Source of the DNA: a virus
Taxonomy: Duplodnaviria; Caudoviricetes
Virus record (IMG/VR): IMGVR_UViG_3300027212_000010
Coordinates: 3,097-67,096 of that record
Reading direction: 5' to 3' (one strand)
Length of the DNA: 64,000 bases
Under the pieces are notes generated by a model. The model was not told the DNA's origin. It ran no database searches and saw nothing but the letters and a program-made list of their open reading frames with translations. Below, in pieces: positions 53,257 to 63,728 of the stretch; the stretch's first letter is position 1; every line of letters begins with the position of its first letter. Both the position numbers and the translations under genes were made by a program.

Positions 53257-53449
53257 GCTTTAGTTCTTCCTCTACCTCTTGAGTTTTCTGAATTAGTTTA
53301 TTTTCAACAAAAGCATATACTCTTTCGGTGGCAGCATCAACCGTCTCTCCTTGTCTGACATCATCCTCAATGCCGACTCCGATTTTAATGCTCTCATAAT
53401 TACCAAGATTTCTGGTAAATGATAGGTCTACTTTTACTTTTGTTGTCAC
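53243..53449 (-). CDS. conserved phage protein (TRNLGNYES motif)
   Basis: ORF track. Confidence 0.75.
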   Translation of the reverse strand: MTTKVKVDLSFTRNLGNYESIKIGVGIEDDVRQGETVDAATERVYAFVENKLIQKTQEVEEELKRGKQ

Positions 53450-53679
53450 TTGTGCTCCTTCTTAATATGGTTAGATAATGTTATGTGTGCAAAATCAGAT
53501 CGCACTTCAAGCTCTTTGTTACATTCAGGGCATATGACTATGCGACTACTTGCCATCTTTTGAGCCAACAATCTTTAATACCACTGGGCCATTTAATGAA
53601 TTCCAGTAATCTGTCTCTGCTTCTTTCTTGCGCTTTTTAGAAGCACCAGTTTCAAGTGTATACTTCACTGGTTCAACCA

Positions 53680-54165
53680 TTACTCCGCCTTCCATATTGG
53701 GATAAACTTTCCCTCATCGGTTTTAGTATACAATATAAAGTTGTTTTTGAGAAGCCCCAATAATTCTGCCTTAGATGGAATTTCAGAAGAATGGCCTGAG
53801 TCTAATATATGTTGATGTATATCAAGTATGTGTTTTTGATTAAACATATATTTGGACCAAGTCGGGCTATCTGGATCACCAATTGGATATATCTTTGCTG
53901 GAGATAAAACCTTTCCCTCTAAGATATAATCTTGTATTGTAACTCTATGCTTATTAAGCATGGCTGAAACTTCTACAATAGTATAGGCATTTTCCATATT
54001 CTTTTTTGCTTGAGAATATGAATACATAACTCTTTTTTTGTCTACATAGCACCAAGCAACTAGTTCATCTTTTGATCTTGATGAACTAAGTACCTTATGG
54101 ATCTTATCGTTTAAGAAGAAATACCGTAGGTTTTTTGATTTGCCGTCTCTTTTTGATCTAGCCAT
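53680..54165 (-). CDS. putative HTH DNA-binding protein
   Basis: YTIVEVSAMLNKHRVTIQDYI. Confidence 0.55.
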   Translation of the reverse strand: MARSKRDGKSKNLRYFFLNDKIHKVLSSSRSKDELVAWCYVDKKRVMYSYSQAKKNMENAYTIVEVSAMLNKHRVTIQDYILEGKVLSPAKIYPIGDPDSPTWSKYMFNQKHILDIHQHILDSGHSSEIPSKAELLGLLKNNFILYTKTDEGKFIPIWKAE

Positions 54166-54296
54166 TTACCGAAAGCACTCGTTTCTTTATTGATCATCCA
54201 GCGTTTCCCGCACATTATACAGAAAAGCTCCATATGAAGTTTTTGTGAAAATACTCTGTCAACAAAAACTCTACCTCTACATTTTCCACACCACAT
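54111..54296 (-). CDS. Zn-ribbon protein
   Basis: MWCGKC.G...CIMCG.RW. Confidence 0.7.
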   Translation of the reverse strand: MWCGKCRGRVFVDRVFSQKLHMELFCIMCGKRWMINKETSAFGKWLDQKETANQKTYGISS

Positions 54297-55096
54297 TATA
54301 AAGTAAACAACTTTCCGTCTACAACGCATGAGTAGTCTGGTGAAACGTGAATCATCTGTACGTGAGGATAATCATTTACAATATGTGCAACAGCAAATCC
54401 CTTTTGCCAGTCATGGTGCTGAGTGTATTTCATTCCTGGACCCTTTTCATCACACATGTGCCCAATCTCGTATCCTCTTAATGTTTCGCCTTCTCCATTA
54501 TTTCTTAGTTCATAAGTAACCATGTGTGAAGCAATTCTATGAGAGTGTCCTCTAATCAAAGATATCTGCATGTCTTCCATGTCTTTTCTTGCTGAGCCTG
54601 TTGCTGCAATTGACATTCCATGGTGTACGTGAATATCTCCGAAGCGGCGCTTTGGAAGATCGTCATAATAAATATACTCATACCCCAAAGAGTCTAATGA
54701 CCACAGGGCTTCTGGTGTTACTTCATTGATGTAGTCTGGAAGTTTAGCATCTATATAATTAAAAATTCTTATGTCGTGATTTCCAAGTGCTGAGAATAGC
54801 TGTGCGTTTGGAAGCATCTCTCTAGTCTTAGCATAGAAATCCCTAGCGCCTTTTGCCTCATGTCGCATCATTGGCACAATTAAATCTTTGCTATCGTTCT
54901 TATGCAATTGTAAAAATTCTGCAGAGCGTCCTTCAGTATACTTGCTATAGCAAGCCTGATCATCTGTATCGCCAAGGTAGTCAACGACGTCTGGCTTAAA
55001 CCACTTCATTACCTTAAACCATAGAGCAATCATCTTGTCATCTTGGTATGGGAACTGCTGATCGGATGAAAGCATCCATTTTAAATCGTTACTCAT
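54296..55096 (-). CDS. calcineurin-like metallophosphoesterase
   Basis: SDQQ; YLGD; LGNHD; VHHG; RGHSH. Confidence 0.85.
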   Translation of the reverse strand: MSNDLKWMLSSDQQFPYQDDKMIALWFKVMKWFKPDVVDYLGDTDDQACYSKYTEGRSAEFLQLHKNDSKDLIVPMMRHEAKGARDFYAKTREMLPNAQLFSALGNHDIRIFNYIDAKLPDYINEVTPEALWSLDSLGYEYIYYDDLPKRRFGDIHVHHGMSIAATGSARKDMEDMQISLIRGHSHRIASHMVTYELRNNGEGETLRGYEIGHMCDEKGPGMKYTQHHDWQKGFAVAHIVNDYPHVQMIHVSPDYSCVVDGKLFTL

Positions 55097-55181
55097 TATC
55101 TACCTTTATACGAAAAAAGTCACGGGTACGTGACTTAGATGTTACAATAATTGTAACATATTAGTGGAGCGTGTCAATAGG

Positions 55182-55628
55182 TTAAGCGAGCTGTCCTGTA
55201 ACAAATAATGTAAATTTCATGGTGCCATTTGCTGTACTAGTTCTAAATAGCAAATCGCAAGATGTGGCACCAACGCTCACAACTTGAGGGAAAATCTGTG
55301 AATTGGCAAATGACGAAGTTGAGTTCATTTGAACCCAAACAGAAGGTGTTCCTACAAAGGTCTTGCCATAGGATACCGTTTTAGCATTTGTTGCTGAAGC
55401 AGCAGAAGAAACTTTTACTGAGCTTGGGACTGGAACAATTGTATTATATGCAACTGTGGTTTTCTTTGTAGGGTCTGTTGCATTTGAAAGTCCAGAGGCA
55501 TCCACGGCAATATTAGATACCGTTTCTCCCTTTGCTACAGTCTGTAGGTTCTGTATAATTAAACCAAGCAGGTCTGATGTTACAGGGTCTCCTGCATTAA
55601 TAGACATTGGTTTTAATGTAATTGCCAT
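55182..55628 (-). CDS. tail-associated protein (lectin-like C-terminus)
   Basis: Located in tail module; VSYGKTF...PSVWV pattern. Confidence 0.5.
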   Translation of the reverse strand: MAITLKPMSINAGDPVTSDLLGLIIQNLQTVAKGETVSNIAVDASGLSNATDPTKKTTVAYNTIVPVPSSVKVSSAASATNAKTVSYGKTFVGTPSVWVQMNSTSSFANSQIFPQVVSVGATSCDLLFRTSTANGTMKFTLFVTGQLA

Positions 55629-55631
55629 TTA

Positions 55632-55790
55632 TTACTCCTTTGGCTGTTCCGCTGGAACTTCCATCTTTTGAATTTGTTCTATCAATTGTGTTATTTCTGC
55701 ACGAAGCAAAGCAATATGTGTCTCATACTGTGAGACAATTTCGCCAATTCTTTGCTGTAGTGCTTGAATAACTAATTCTGTTTTATCCAT
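55632..55790 (-). CDS. coiled-coil tail chaperone-like protein
   Basis: MDKTELVIQALQQRIG... Confidence 0.55.
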   Translation of the reverse strand: MDKTELVIQALQQRIGEIVSQYETHIALLRAEITQLIEQIQKMEVPAEQPKE

Positions 55791-55824
55791 TGTATTTCCG
55801 TTTCTATTCATCATAAGGATACCA

Positions 55825-58530
55825 TTATCCTTCTAGGGCGTCAAGTCTTGCTTGAAGAGTATCTATCTTATTAACCATTTCTTTAAATGCTCCAACTAAA
55901 TACATTGGTATCTTTTCATATGCTACAGACTCTGGAGCCCCATCCTTATATATAACAAGATCATTATTTGGCTCAATATCATGAACATCTTCTGCAATTA
56001 AACCAAGGTGGGTTTGATCTGGTCTATCTGAATAATCTGATTTAAAATTAAATGTGACTGGGCTTAAAGATCCAATTAAGCTATACATTAATGGTGTATT
56101 TTGATATTCAATATTTTCTTTGTATTGGCGGCTAGATGATGTTACATACACTCTAAGGTATCCGCTTGAATCTTGAACTACGGTAGATCCAGATCCTGGT
56201 GCAGTTGTTGAAGTTCCTAAAGTATTAGCAAATATCGCACCGCTTGTAAGAAGTTTTGTTTTTGGTCCGCTTGCAAGTCCCTGTGTATCGGATCCACCGT
56301 GACCTACCATGACGTTACCGCTGGCTCTTAAATCATTCCATCTAAATGTAGGGGTTCCTAGATCGTAGTTGGATCCTCCCCCCCAATAAGGGTAGCAGTG
56401 GGTTGTCCAACCACCAGTGCTTGTAGACTGAAAACCAATTCCTCCAATTGACAAGCAGTCTGCTCCGCCTAGGTTTCCTTTTGTATTTATAAATGATGTT
56501 CCGCTACCAGCTACTAAAGTCTGTCCAGTTAGTGTCCCTGCTTTTATTTTTTCAGCAGAAATTTCAAAAGCTGCTATAAAGTCTGCAACAACAGCATTAG
56601 CAGACAATGTTCCTGTTCTAATTAAACCGCCTTCAATTGTTGTTGTATTTGTTGGATTGGCTGTTGTGCTATTAATAAACTCAACAATCTTTTCTCTACT
56701 AAATCCAGAAGCGGGGAGAGCAGCATTTGATTTAGTGAATGCATCTGTAAGTCTAGTATTAAGGTTATTTCCGTTTATTGTTACACCTGTACCGAGTGTT
56801 CCTGTAAATGTTCCATTAGCTTGTAATGCATTTGCTCCTGCGCTTGCATTAGAGACTACCGTGGATGCCGCAGTTCCTCCAATCGTTACAGTTCCAGATA
56901 TGGAGGTTGCTCCATCAATAACTGCACCTGTTGCATAAAGCTTTCCGCTTGAATTTACTTTAAATGCGGCAGCTGAAGATGACTGTGAGCCTACCCAAAT
57001 TCTATATTCATCTGTTGCGCTTAATTTTACAACAGAAGGTATTGTTCCTGTTGTATCTCCTAGCGTTATTGTTCCATTGCTTTCTAGCTTTGTATTACTA
57101 CTAGAAATAGTTCCTGTAGTTTGTGCAGTTCCATTTATTGTCCATCCGCCGATATATCCTTGACGTGCATCAAGTTTTCCATCAGCTTGAGTAATTGCAA
57201 CAGTCTGAGCATTATTAGTGTCGTATGCAAATAGTCCAGAGCTATTGAGTCTTACTCTTGCTCCTGCATTTGCAGCAGCACCAGCAAATAAAGAACCTCC
57301 GTTTAGCTGGACATCTCCAGTAAATGAACCACCAGTAGCATTTATTCTTCCTGTTGTGTATACATTGGAGCCATCCCAATATAAAAAGTTTGTTGCGCTA
57401 CCAACTCTGAATTGGCCAGTGTTAAGCCAAAAGTTGTGTCCAAAGTTTGTAGAAGATTTATTCAATATTATTCCACTATAGGTGCCAGCAGTTTGGCTTG
57501 GTGTTATTGTTGTTGAAGTGTTAATTGATTGTGCTATGCCAGTTCCTATTTTAAATAGGTCTGCTGTTTTCCCGCCGATTGATAAAACTGATTTTAGCTG
57601 GGCCCATACATCTGCTGGTGCATCTGGATCTATAATTGGCCCAAAGGTTCCAGAGAATGGGGAAGCCCAAGAAATTGCATTGTATGGGCTCTTTGCTGTT
57701 ACCTGATAGTAATATAATGTGTTTGGTATAAGTCCTGTTGTTGTAAACGATGTAGTTGTTTTACCATCTACCTGACCATATTCCCAAATTGGGTTTGGTG
57801 TAGTTGCTGGATTTTGTGTTGTCCATCTAATAACATACCCTGCTGTATTTGTATCAAAGTTTTGATTCCATGTAAATGTGGAGCCTGCACTAAATCCAGT
57901 TTTGTCATTTGCATCTATAAAAGGATAAGGTGTGGCTCCTGTTGGTGCAGAAGGAGGGGTAGAAGTATCTGGGTCCGCATTCTTTGGAGTTACTGATCCG
58001 CCAGCATCTGGTCCAACTGCAATTACATCTGTGTTGTTTTGAGTTAGCCACTTATCTCTTGATCTAACTTTAACCCAACGTGGTGCAAAGTCAGATGTAT
58101 TAATACTAACATTTGTGGAGTTACCAACATACACAATATACTGATTAGCAAAATCTGCTGTAAGGCTTTCAAAAATAACAATATCTTCTTGAACGCTTGT
58201 TGGGTCTATTGTAAATTTAACTCCATAGGACTTAAATCCTGCAGTTAGCGTTAGGCCTTGAACGCCTTTGGTTAAGTTGGGTATATCAAATCCATATGTA
58301 ACTATTGGTGATCTTGGTCCTAGGCTTAACAATAAAGTTTCTGGGTCTTGGTATTCATACTGAAACCAAAATGAAAAGATTTTGTTTGCTCTAGTTAGCG
58401 GTACCTTTATTGTTATATCAAATGAATCGTTAGACTTTTCAGCAGCCTTAGCCGCAGCGGCTGTATCTGTTTTCTGTAAATCGGGCTTGCCATACCATTT
58501 TTCCCAATTTGCTGCGTCTAGTGCACCCAT
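55825..58530 (-). CDS. tail fibre with Fn3 and C-terminal S74 intramolecular chaperone
   Basis: GLIPNTLYYYQVTA (Fn3); GGWTI repeats; SSRQYKENI...PVTFNFK...GLIAEDV. Confidence 0.85.
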   Translation of the reverse strand: MGALDAANWEKWYGKPDLQKTDTAAAAKAAEKSNDSFDITIKVPLTRANKIFSFWFQYEYQDPETLLLSLGPRSPIVTYGFDIPNLTKGVQGLTLTAGFKSYGVKFTIDPTSVQEDIVIFESLTADFANQYIVYVGNSTNVSINTSDFAPRWVKVRSRDKWLTQNNTDVIAVGPDAGGSVTPKNADPDTSTPPSAPTGATPYPFIDANDKTGFSAGSTFTWNQNFDTNTAGYVIRWTTQNPATTPNPIWEYGQVDGKTTTSFTTTGLIPNTLYYYQVTAKSPYNAISWASPFSGTFGPIIDPDAPADVWAQLKSVLSIGGKTADLFKIGTGIAQSINTSTTITPSQTAGTYSGIILNKSSTNFGHNFWLNTGQFRVGSATNFLYWDGSNVYTTGRINATGGSFTGDVQLNGGSLFAGAAANAGARVRLNSSGLFAYDTNNAQTVAITQADGKLDARQGYIGGWTINGTAQTTGTISSSNTKLESNGTITLGDTTGTIPSVVKLSATDEYRIWVGSQSSSAAAFKVNSSGKLYATGAVIDGATSISGTVTIGGTAASTVVSNASAGANALQANGTFTGTLGTGVTINGNNLNTRLTDAFTKSNAALPASGFSREKIVEFINSTTANPTNTTTIEGGLIRTGTLSANAVVADFIAAFEISAEKIKAGTLTGQTLVAGSGTSFINTKGNLGGADCLSIGGIGFQSTSTGGWTTHCYPYWGGGSNYDLGTPTFRWNDLRASGNVMVGHGGSDTQGLASGPKTKLLTSGAIFANTLGTSTTAPGSGSTVVQDSSGYLRVYVTSSSRQYKENIEYQNTPLMYSLIGSLSPVTFNFKSDYSDRPDQTHLGLIAEDVHDIEPNNDLVIYKDGAPESVAYEKIPMYLVGAFKEMVNKIDTLQARLDALEG

Positions 58531-59487
58531 TTAGAATGTTAATCCTAATCTATACTCAATATCCATCTGTCGGCCCAAGGACTTTGTAATTGGTGATGAA
58601 AGGACAGATCTGCTAATTAATCCATAGTCTGACCTAAATGAGTCCTCATCATTAATTCTTAATCCATCCATAAGAACTGTAGATGATCCTGAAGACTTTG
58701 CTTTTACTCCAACTGATATTCTTGTTATTGAAGTGTTGTCTGGAGTTCCGCTTCCGTATGAGCTGCTATATAAATTGTTTAAAGTTAAAGATTTTATCTT
58801 ATTCCCTACAGAAAGATCTCCTAAGAATCTTATTTCATAGTAGTCTGTAGATGAGCTGTAGGCTCTAACAAATACATAATCTAGGTTTGTATCGCTTTGA
58901 TTGTAAGCTAAAGTCATGCTGTCATTTGGGCTGTACCCAGATAGGTCCAAATTTAAATCGTAAGAATATTTTTTTAAAGAAGAAGATGTAGCAGCAATAG
59001 GTATGTAATACGTTCCTATTAGGGGAATTGGTGTTGACACTGCTTCTACAGCTAGTCCAGCATCATCTAGCCAATACTGACCACTTTCAAAGTTGGATAT
59101 AGAACGGCTAGAGTAGTCTGTAGATCCTAGAGTTACGCTTGGGTACAAGCCTATCTCATTAATTGTTCCAGATACTTCTGGTGGCAATGTTGCTTTATAG
59201 ACTACCCCGTATGTTGTTAATCCAGTAAGTGCACTAGTTTGTATATCTGGGCTACTTAAAGTAACTCTTGATTTATAAAACTCAAAACCTAACTGTGTAT
59301 CATTTACGGTTGCTGCAGTAGTTGATATTCCTATTGCAATATCTTTTAATGGATTGGTTGATTGACCAGCTAGGTATTCAGTTATGTATCTTTTGCCGTA
59401 CTTTGTTAAAATGTTTTTAGATCTTCCAATCTCAATTCCATCTTGCAAAAAAACATATTCTCCGTTTATCATTAATTTATATTGCAT
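58531..59487 (-). CDS. minor tail/baseplate protein
   Basis: N.LT..G; L.FEF.K.RV; INEIGLY; located in tail module. Confidence 0.6.
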   Translation of the reverse strand: MQYKLMINGEYVFLQDGIEIGRSKNILTKYGKRYITEYLAGQSTNPLKDIAIGISTTAATVNDTQLGFEFYKSRVTLSSPDIQTSALTGLTTYGVVYKATLPPEVSGTINEIGLYPSVTLGSTDYSSRSISNFESGQYWLDDAGLAVEAVSTPIPLIGTYYIPIAATSSSLKKYSYDLNLDLSGYSPNDSMTLAYNQSDTNLDYVFVRAYSSSTDYYEIRFLGDLSVGNKIKSLTLNNLYSSSYGSGTPDNTSITRISVGVKAKSSGSSTVLMDGLRINDEDSFRSDYGLISRSVLSSPITKSLGRQMDIEYRLGLTF

Positions 59488-59845
59488 ATCCTGCCACTCC
59501 CGTTACTTCGCTGCCGACGCTATTTTTTATGTTAAATTTAAATTCCACAAACTGATTTCCATTTCCATCAGTTACCATGTTCTTGCTAATCAATGTTATG
59601 TCTTCTAGTCTTGGTGCACCCTTTGGGGTTATCTCTTCGTCACCCTCGCCCGTACCGTCGCCTGGATCATCTGGATCTTCTTCCTCATTGCCTACCCCTA
59701 CAGACTGTACTGGCTCAAGGCTTCCCTTGTTAACAATAACATATGAGTCTGGATTAAGAACACCAATTAAAGGGTCTCCTGTGTATAACAAAATCTTTTT
59801 AGACTTTGGTATTTTAGATGCGGGTACTTTAATGTTATCGGCCAT
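59477..59845 (-). CDS. minor tail protein (leaderless)
   Basis: TAGAAT with ATG at +12; located in tail module. Confidence 0.55.
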   Translation of the reverse strand: MADNIKVPASKIPKSKKILLYTGDPLIGVLNPDSYVIVNKGSLEPVQSVGVGNEEEDPDDPGDGTGEGDEEITPKGAPRLEDITLISKNMVTDGNGNQFVEFKFNIKNSVGSEVTGVAGYAI

Positions 59846-59862
59846 ATTTACATTCTACCATT

Positions 59863-62800
59863 TCATCCTGCATAAATCGATCTACAAACAACCTGGGTGG
59901 TTGGTGAATTTTGATCGTATGTTGTATCTAAAGATAGCACAACATATTTGCCCACAGAAGGAGGAGAGGAATCTTCTGATGAATATAGCTTATTTAAAGG
60001 ATATGATATTTCTACAACATCTCCTATTTGGAGTAATGGATTTATAAATGTTTGAAGGGTAACAACCCTTTGTTGCTTGGCCCATTGGTCTGTCATCCAA
60101 TCTGCCAGCTTCATAGCCTCTGATTCTTTTTGTATCCAGACCGACTCAAAGCTAACCTGCTCTGCTTTGTCGGCATCTGTTAATTTAGGATTCATATACT
60201 CGTACTGCTCAGTTGGTCCCAGGTAGTCTCCGACTACAATAAATTGTCTTTCTGCCCCGTTATCAAGAGGAGTAAATGCTCCTGTGTTATTCATTACAAA
60301 TATATCCATTGTATATGAATCTAAAGACGATCCCACAATTGTAACGTCTGGATTTTGAACAAGTATTGGGTATCTTGGAAATGTTGGGCCGCTAGCAAAC
60401 CTAGACTTAACTCTCCTGAGCTCTCTAGCCACTGGGCCAAATTCTTTTACCCATATTGCATATTCTGCAGTTGTTCCTTTTTCAAAAACAAAATCTGATA
60501 TAGTTTTTACAAGTGCTGAGTTTTCTCCGAGGAATCCGTGATAGATGCTAAAATAATTATTGCTGACAAACTCATTGTCTGTAATCGGAGCAGAATAAAC
60601 ATAATCAAAAGAACAAATTCCTTGCAATGAAACAAGCCCGATCTTATTGGTTAAAGTTATTGGAGACGTATCAACAACAGAAAACTGTTTGCTATTGATC
60701 ATTATCTTAAATATTCTTGATGCAGTACCATTAATTGTTTGATCGGTAGCCTTAATGTCAACTCTGTAAAGCTCTCCACCATTTATGTTAGTTATAATAG
60801 TTCCATCAGAATCTTTTTGACTGCTTATCATTGACACTGGTTTGCCCGCTACTATTTTGTAGAAGTTTATATCCTTATAATTTGTTTCTCCATTTGAGTT
60901 TTGGGAAGTTCCCATGGTTAAGAAGTATCCACTTGAGTTAGAATCATTTAATGAAAAGGCTAATCCAGAAAGAGCTCTCTGCTCTCCTGTAGCTTGTTTA
61001 GTTTTTGGATCTACTATTAATGGGAAATATAGATTTGTTCCTATAATAAAGTTCTTGCCCCCCGTATACTTGGCATTTGTGGTGGCCATTGAATATACTG
61101 TATTTAATGGATAAGAGGCTGGCTTGGTAGGATCAACGTTAGGCACTGGAATAGAATTTGGTGCCGTAAGAGTCATAAATGATCTTGAAATTGGATTTAA
61201 TAAATTGTTTGTAGAGTCTGGAACCATGTTGGTTAGTTGAAATACATAATCGCTATCTGTAAATACTCCTGATACGGAATTCCATTTCTGGCCACGCCAC
61301 TCTTCCTTTAGTGGTGTTATGTTTGCACTGTGTGTAAGGTCAGCCGTATTGCCAGCTGGGACAACCCCAAAAGCATTTCTAGTTTTAATTCTGTATCTTC
61401 CAGTAGCTGCAAAAGTTTGTGGTGCAGCCAGACCTTGAAATTTTGAAACATCGGAATCTGAGGTCATCCACTTAACATCTGTAGGGCCAACATATTTTAA
61501 TATAGATGGATTGTAGGTCGCTGTTGCCAACTTGACGTATGTATATTCTATTGCATCAAATTCAATTATTTCTTTGTCTAGTATTAGATACCCTGAAAAA
61601 GAATATATTTGCTTATCTCCACCTTCAACAACTACGGGCTCAATATGAACAACACCATTTGCAGAAACTTCTCCCGCAGAGTTTGTATCGGCAGGGGCTA
61701 CAGGCAATAAGTCTTTTACTAGTGCTCCTGCTCCTAACATAGAAACTGCTGATCTATAAATAGGTTCTGCTGAAGTTAGATAAGCTGATCCTAATTGTGG
61801 CGTATACACAACCTTTACTGCTTTTACTGTAGGAATGTTTTCTACATTCAAGTCTGATATATTTGCCAAGTTAGACCCAATTGCATTGTATCTAAAATTA
61901 AACTGTGTGCCCCTGTCTTTAAAGATATAATCTCTTGGATAAAATTGCAGCACATCGTTTTCATCAAATGTTGCAATCATCTGTGTATCCTTACAAAGGT
62001 CCTGTATGTGCTGCCATACTGTTTGGGCGCTGTCTGTATACCAATATTGTGGAGTGATGCTTGCAGTATCGTTTGCTGGCAAATTAAAATTATAGTTAGT
62101 GAATCCAATTGAGTCTAGTAGCCTTCTTATAATTGCTGTAGATGACATCTCGCTTGTAACAACATCTGGTGGTTTTATGTATTGTAACTCTTTTGCACCG
62201 TCTAGTCCTGTTATATCTATTTCTCCAAATTCACTTACAGTAAAGTCGTTTGTATAAAATACTCCAAGCTTTACTTTCTGTGATGCAATTGTTGTAAATG
62301 GAATAATCTTAACATTAGTGTATAGATTAACCTTAGACTTATCAAATGCAATTAATTTATCATGATATGCATACAGCTTATCAAATGCATTTATGGATAG
62401 ATTAATAGAATTTGCTGTAACATTTCCTACTGGAATTAATCCAGCTACTTCATCAGATGAATTTTTATTAATTGAAAATGATACCAGTCTGTCTGATACG
62501 TTTATTACATACTTGGGTGCTATCTCTATTATTCCTAAGTACCCGCCTGATTCTGATATTGTATTTACCTGAAGTTTTAGACCTGCAATATCAACAGGAG
62601 ATGAAGGAGATGTAAACTCATCTGTTGACCATGTTGATCCGTTGTAGTATAAATCTACCACGCCTTTGTTTGGAGCATCTGGGGCAGTTGTTCCTGTATA
62701 AATTAATGTTTCTGTTCCAGTAAGTCCTACTGTCTTTAAATTCCATGATGTAGGCTTGCCGTGTGATGTCTCAAACTTAATTGTAATTTTGTTTGTAACT

Positions 62801-63270
62801 GCTGCAACATTATTTATCTTAGGGTATGTTAGTGTTAGTATACAGTTTGATAAAGCATTGCTGGCTCCTGTTGTTTTAGCAATCCAGTACTTGTAAGCTG
62901 TCTTGACGCCTGGATAGTAGAGTCTATAATCAAATGCCTTTGATGAGTTATAGTTGGCTGCATTTAATACGCCTGAAGTTTTTCTGGCAGCAAGTGTGGG
63001 GTCTCCAAGAATCAAATACTGTATCCCCGCAGACTTTGGTCTTCTTGGATCAATAATGCTTGTTATTGGAAAAAGCTTTTGATAAGGCTTGGCTCCTGAT
63101 GGATTTGTGTATGCAAGGGATCCTTCTGGATTATCTGTAGTTCCGCCTGGCCCCATAATTGTTGCGCCTGCAATCAAATCATTCATGTTGTATTCAAACC
63201 AGCAACCGTTAGTCATCTGAAGTGTTGTTGATTTATTTATAGCATCAAGTACTATTGGAGCTGATAACAT
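59863..63270 (-). CDS. large tail tip/hub protein
   Basis: 1135 aa, two genes after the tape measure; QMIATFDENDVLQF; LQIGDVVEI. Confidence 0.7.
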   Translation of the reverse strand: MLSAPIVLDAINKSTTLQMTNGCWFEYNMNDLIAGATIMGPGGTTDNPEGSLAYTNPSGAKPYQKLFPITSIIDPRRPKSAGIQYLILGDPTLAARKTSGVLNAANYNSSKAFDYRLYYPGVKTAYKYWIAKTTGASNALSNCILTLTYPKINNVAAVTNKITIKFETSHGKPTSWNLKTVGLTGTETLIYTGTTAPDAPNKGVVDLYYNGSTWSTDEFTSPSSPVDIAGLKLQVNTISESGGYLGIIEIAPKYVINVSDRLVSFSINKNSSDEVAGLIPVGNVTANSINLSINAFDKLYAYHDKLIAFDKSKVNLYTNVKIIPFTTIASQKVKLGVFYTNDFTVSEFGEIDITGLDGAKELQYIKPPDVVTSEMSSTAIIRRLLDSIGFTNYNFNLPANDTASITPQYWYTDSAQTVWQHIQDLCKDTQMIATFDENDVLQFYPRDYIFKDRGTQFNFRYNAIGSNLANISDLNVENIPTVKAVKVVYTPQLGSAYLTSAEPIYRSAVSMLGAGALVKDLLPVAPADTNSAGEVSANGVVHIEPVVVEGGDKQIYSFSGYLILDKEIIEFDAIEYTYVKLATATYNPSILKYVGPTDVKWMTSDSDVSKFQGLAAPQTFAATGRYRIKTRNAFGVVPAGNTADLTHSANITPLKEEWRGQKWNSVSGVFTDSDYVFQLTNMVPDSTNNLLNPISRSFMTLTAPNSIPVPNVDPTKPASYPLNTVYSMATTNAKYTGGKNFIIGTNLYFPLIVDPKTKQATGEQRALSGLAFSLNDSNSSGYFLTMGTSQNSNGETNYKDINFYKIVAGKPVSMISSQKDSDGTIITNINGGELYRVDIKATDQTINGTASRIFKIMINSKQFSVVDTSPITLTNKIGLVSLQGICSFDYVYSAPITDNEFVSNNYFSIYHGFLGENSALVKTISDFVFEKGTTAEYAIWVKEFGPVARELRRVKSRFASGPTFPRYPILVQNPDVTIVGSSLDSYTMDIFVMNNTGAFTPLDNGAERQFIVVGDYLGPTEQYEYMNPKLTDADKAEQVSFESVWIQKESEAMKLADWMTDQWAKQQRVVTLQTFINPLLQIGDVVEISYPLNKLYSSEDSSPPSVGKYVVLSLDTTYDQNSPTTQVVCRSIYAG

Positions 63271-63728
63271 TATACTTCTTCCAGGCTAATAGAAACATCC
63301 CAAAACTCTTGAGCAACATCTGCAGTTTTTTCTTTTACATTTCTTTTAATCACAGTAAATGAGCAAGCTGTAAATGACATTGTTAAAATTTCATCTCTTG
63401 CAGATACTCCGTTATATGATATCTTAACCTTAAAGGTTCCTGTTCCTTTGCCATGGTAAAAAGACCTTAAGGAAGAAGCCCCTAGTCCACCATCAACTGT
63501 CATGGCGTCATTGGTTGGTAGCATGCTCCAACTTGCGCCTATGGATTTTTTATCTGCAATAAATATCTTTCTGAGGGAGCCGTTAGACATTCTTTGAGTA
63601 CTTTCAATTCTATTAGTATCAATTGAAACGGGTGCTCTGTTATGCTCAGTTATTTTTGACCATACTGGTGTGTCGTTTGTTGATGTATCTAAAAATAGTA
63701 GGGAGCCTACTGGCAGGGTTAGCGTCAT
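63270..63728 (-). CDS. distal-tail-like minor tail protein
   Basis: Follows the tape measure; RMSNGSLR..IADK..W..L. Confidence 0.6.
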   Translation of the reverse strand: MTLTLPVGSLLFLDTSTNDTPVWSKITEHNRAPVSIDTNRIESTQRMSNGSLRKIFIADKKSIGASWSMLPTNDAMTVDGGLGASSLRSFYHGKGTGTFKVKISYNGVSARDEILTMSFTACSFTVIKRNVKEKTADVAQEFWDVSISLEEV

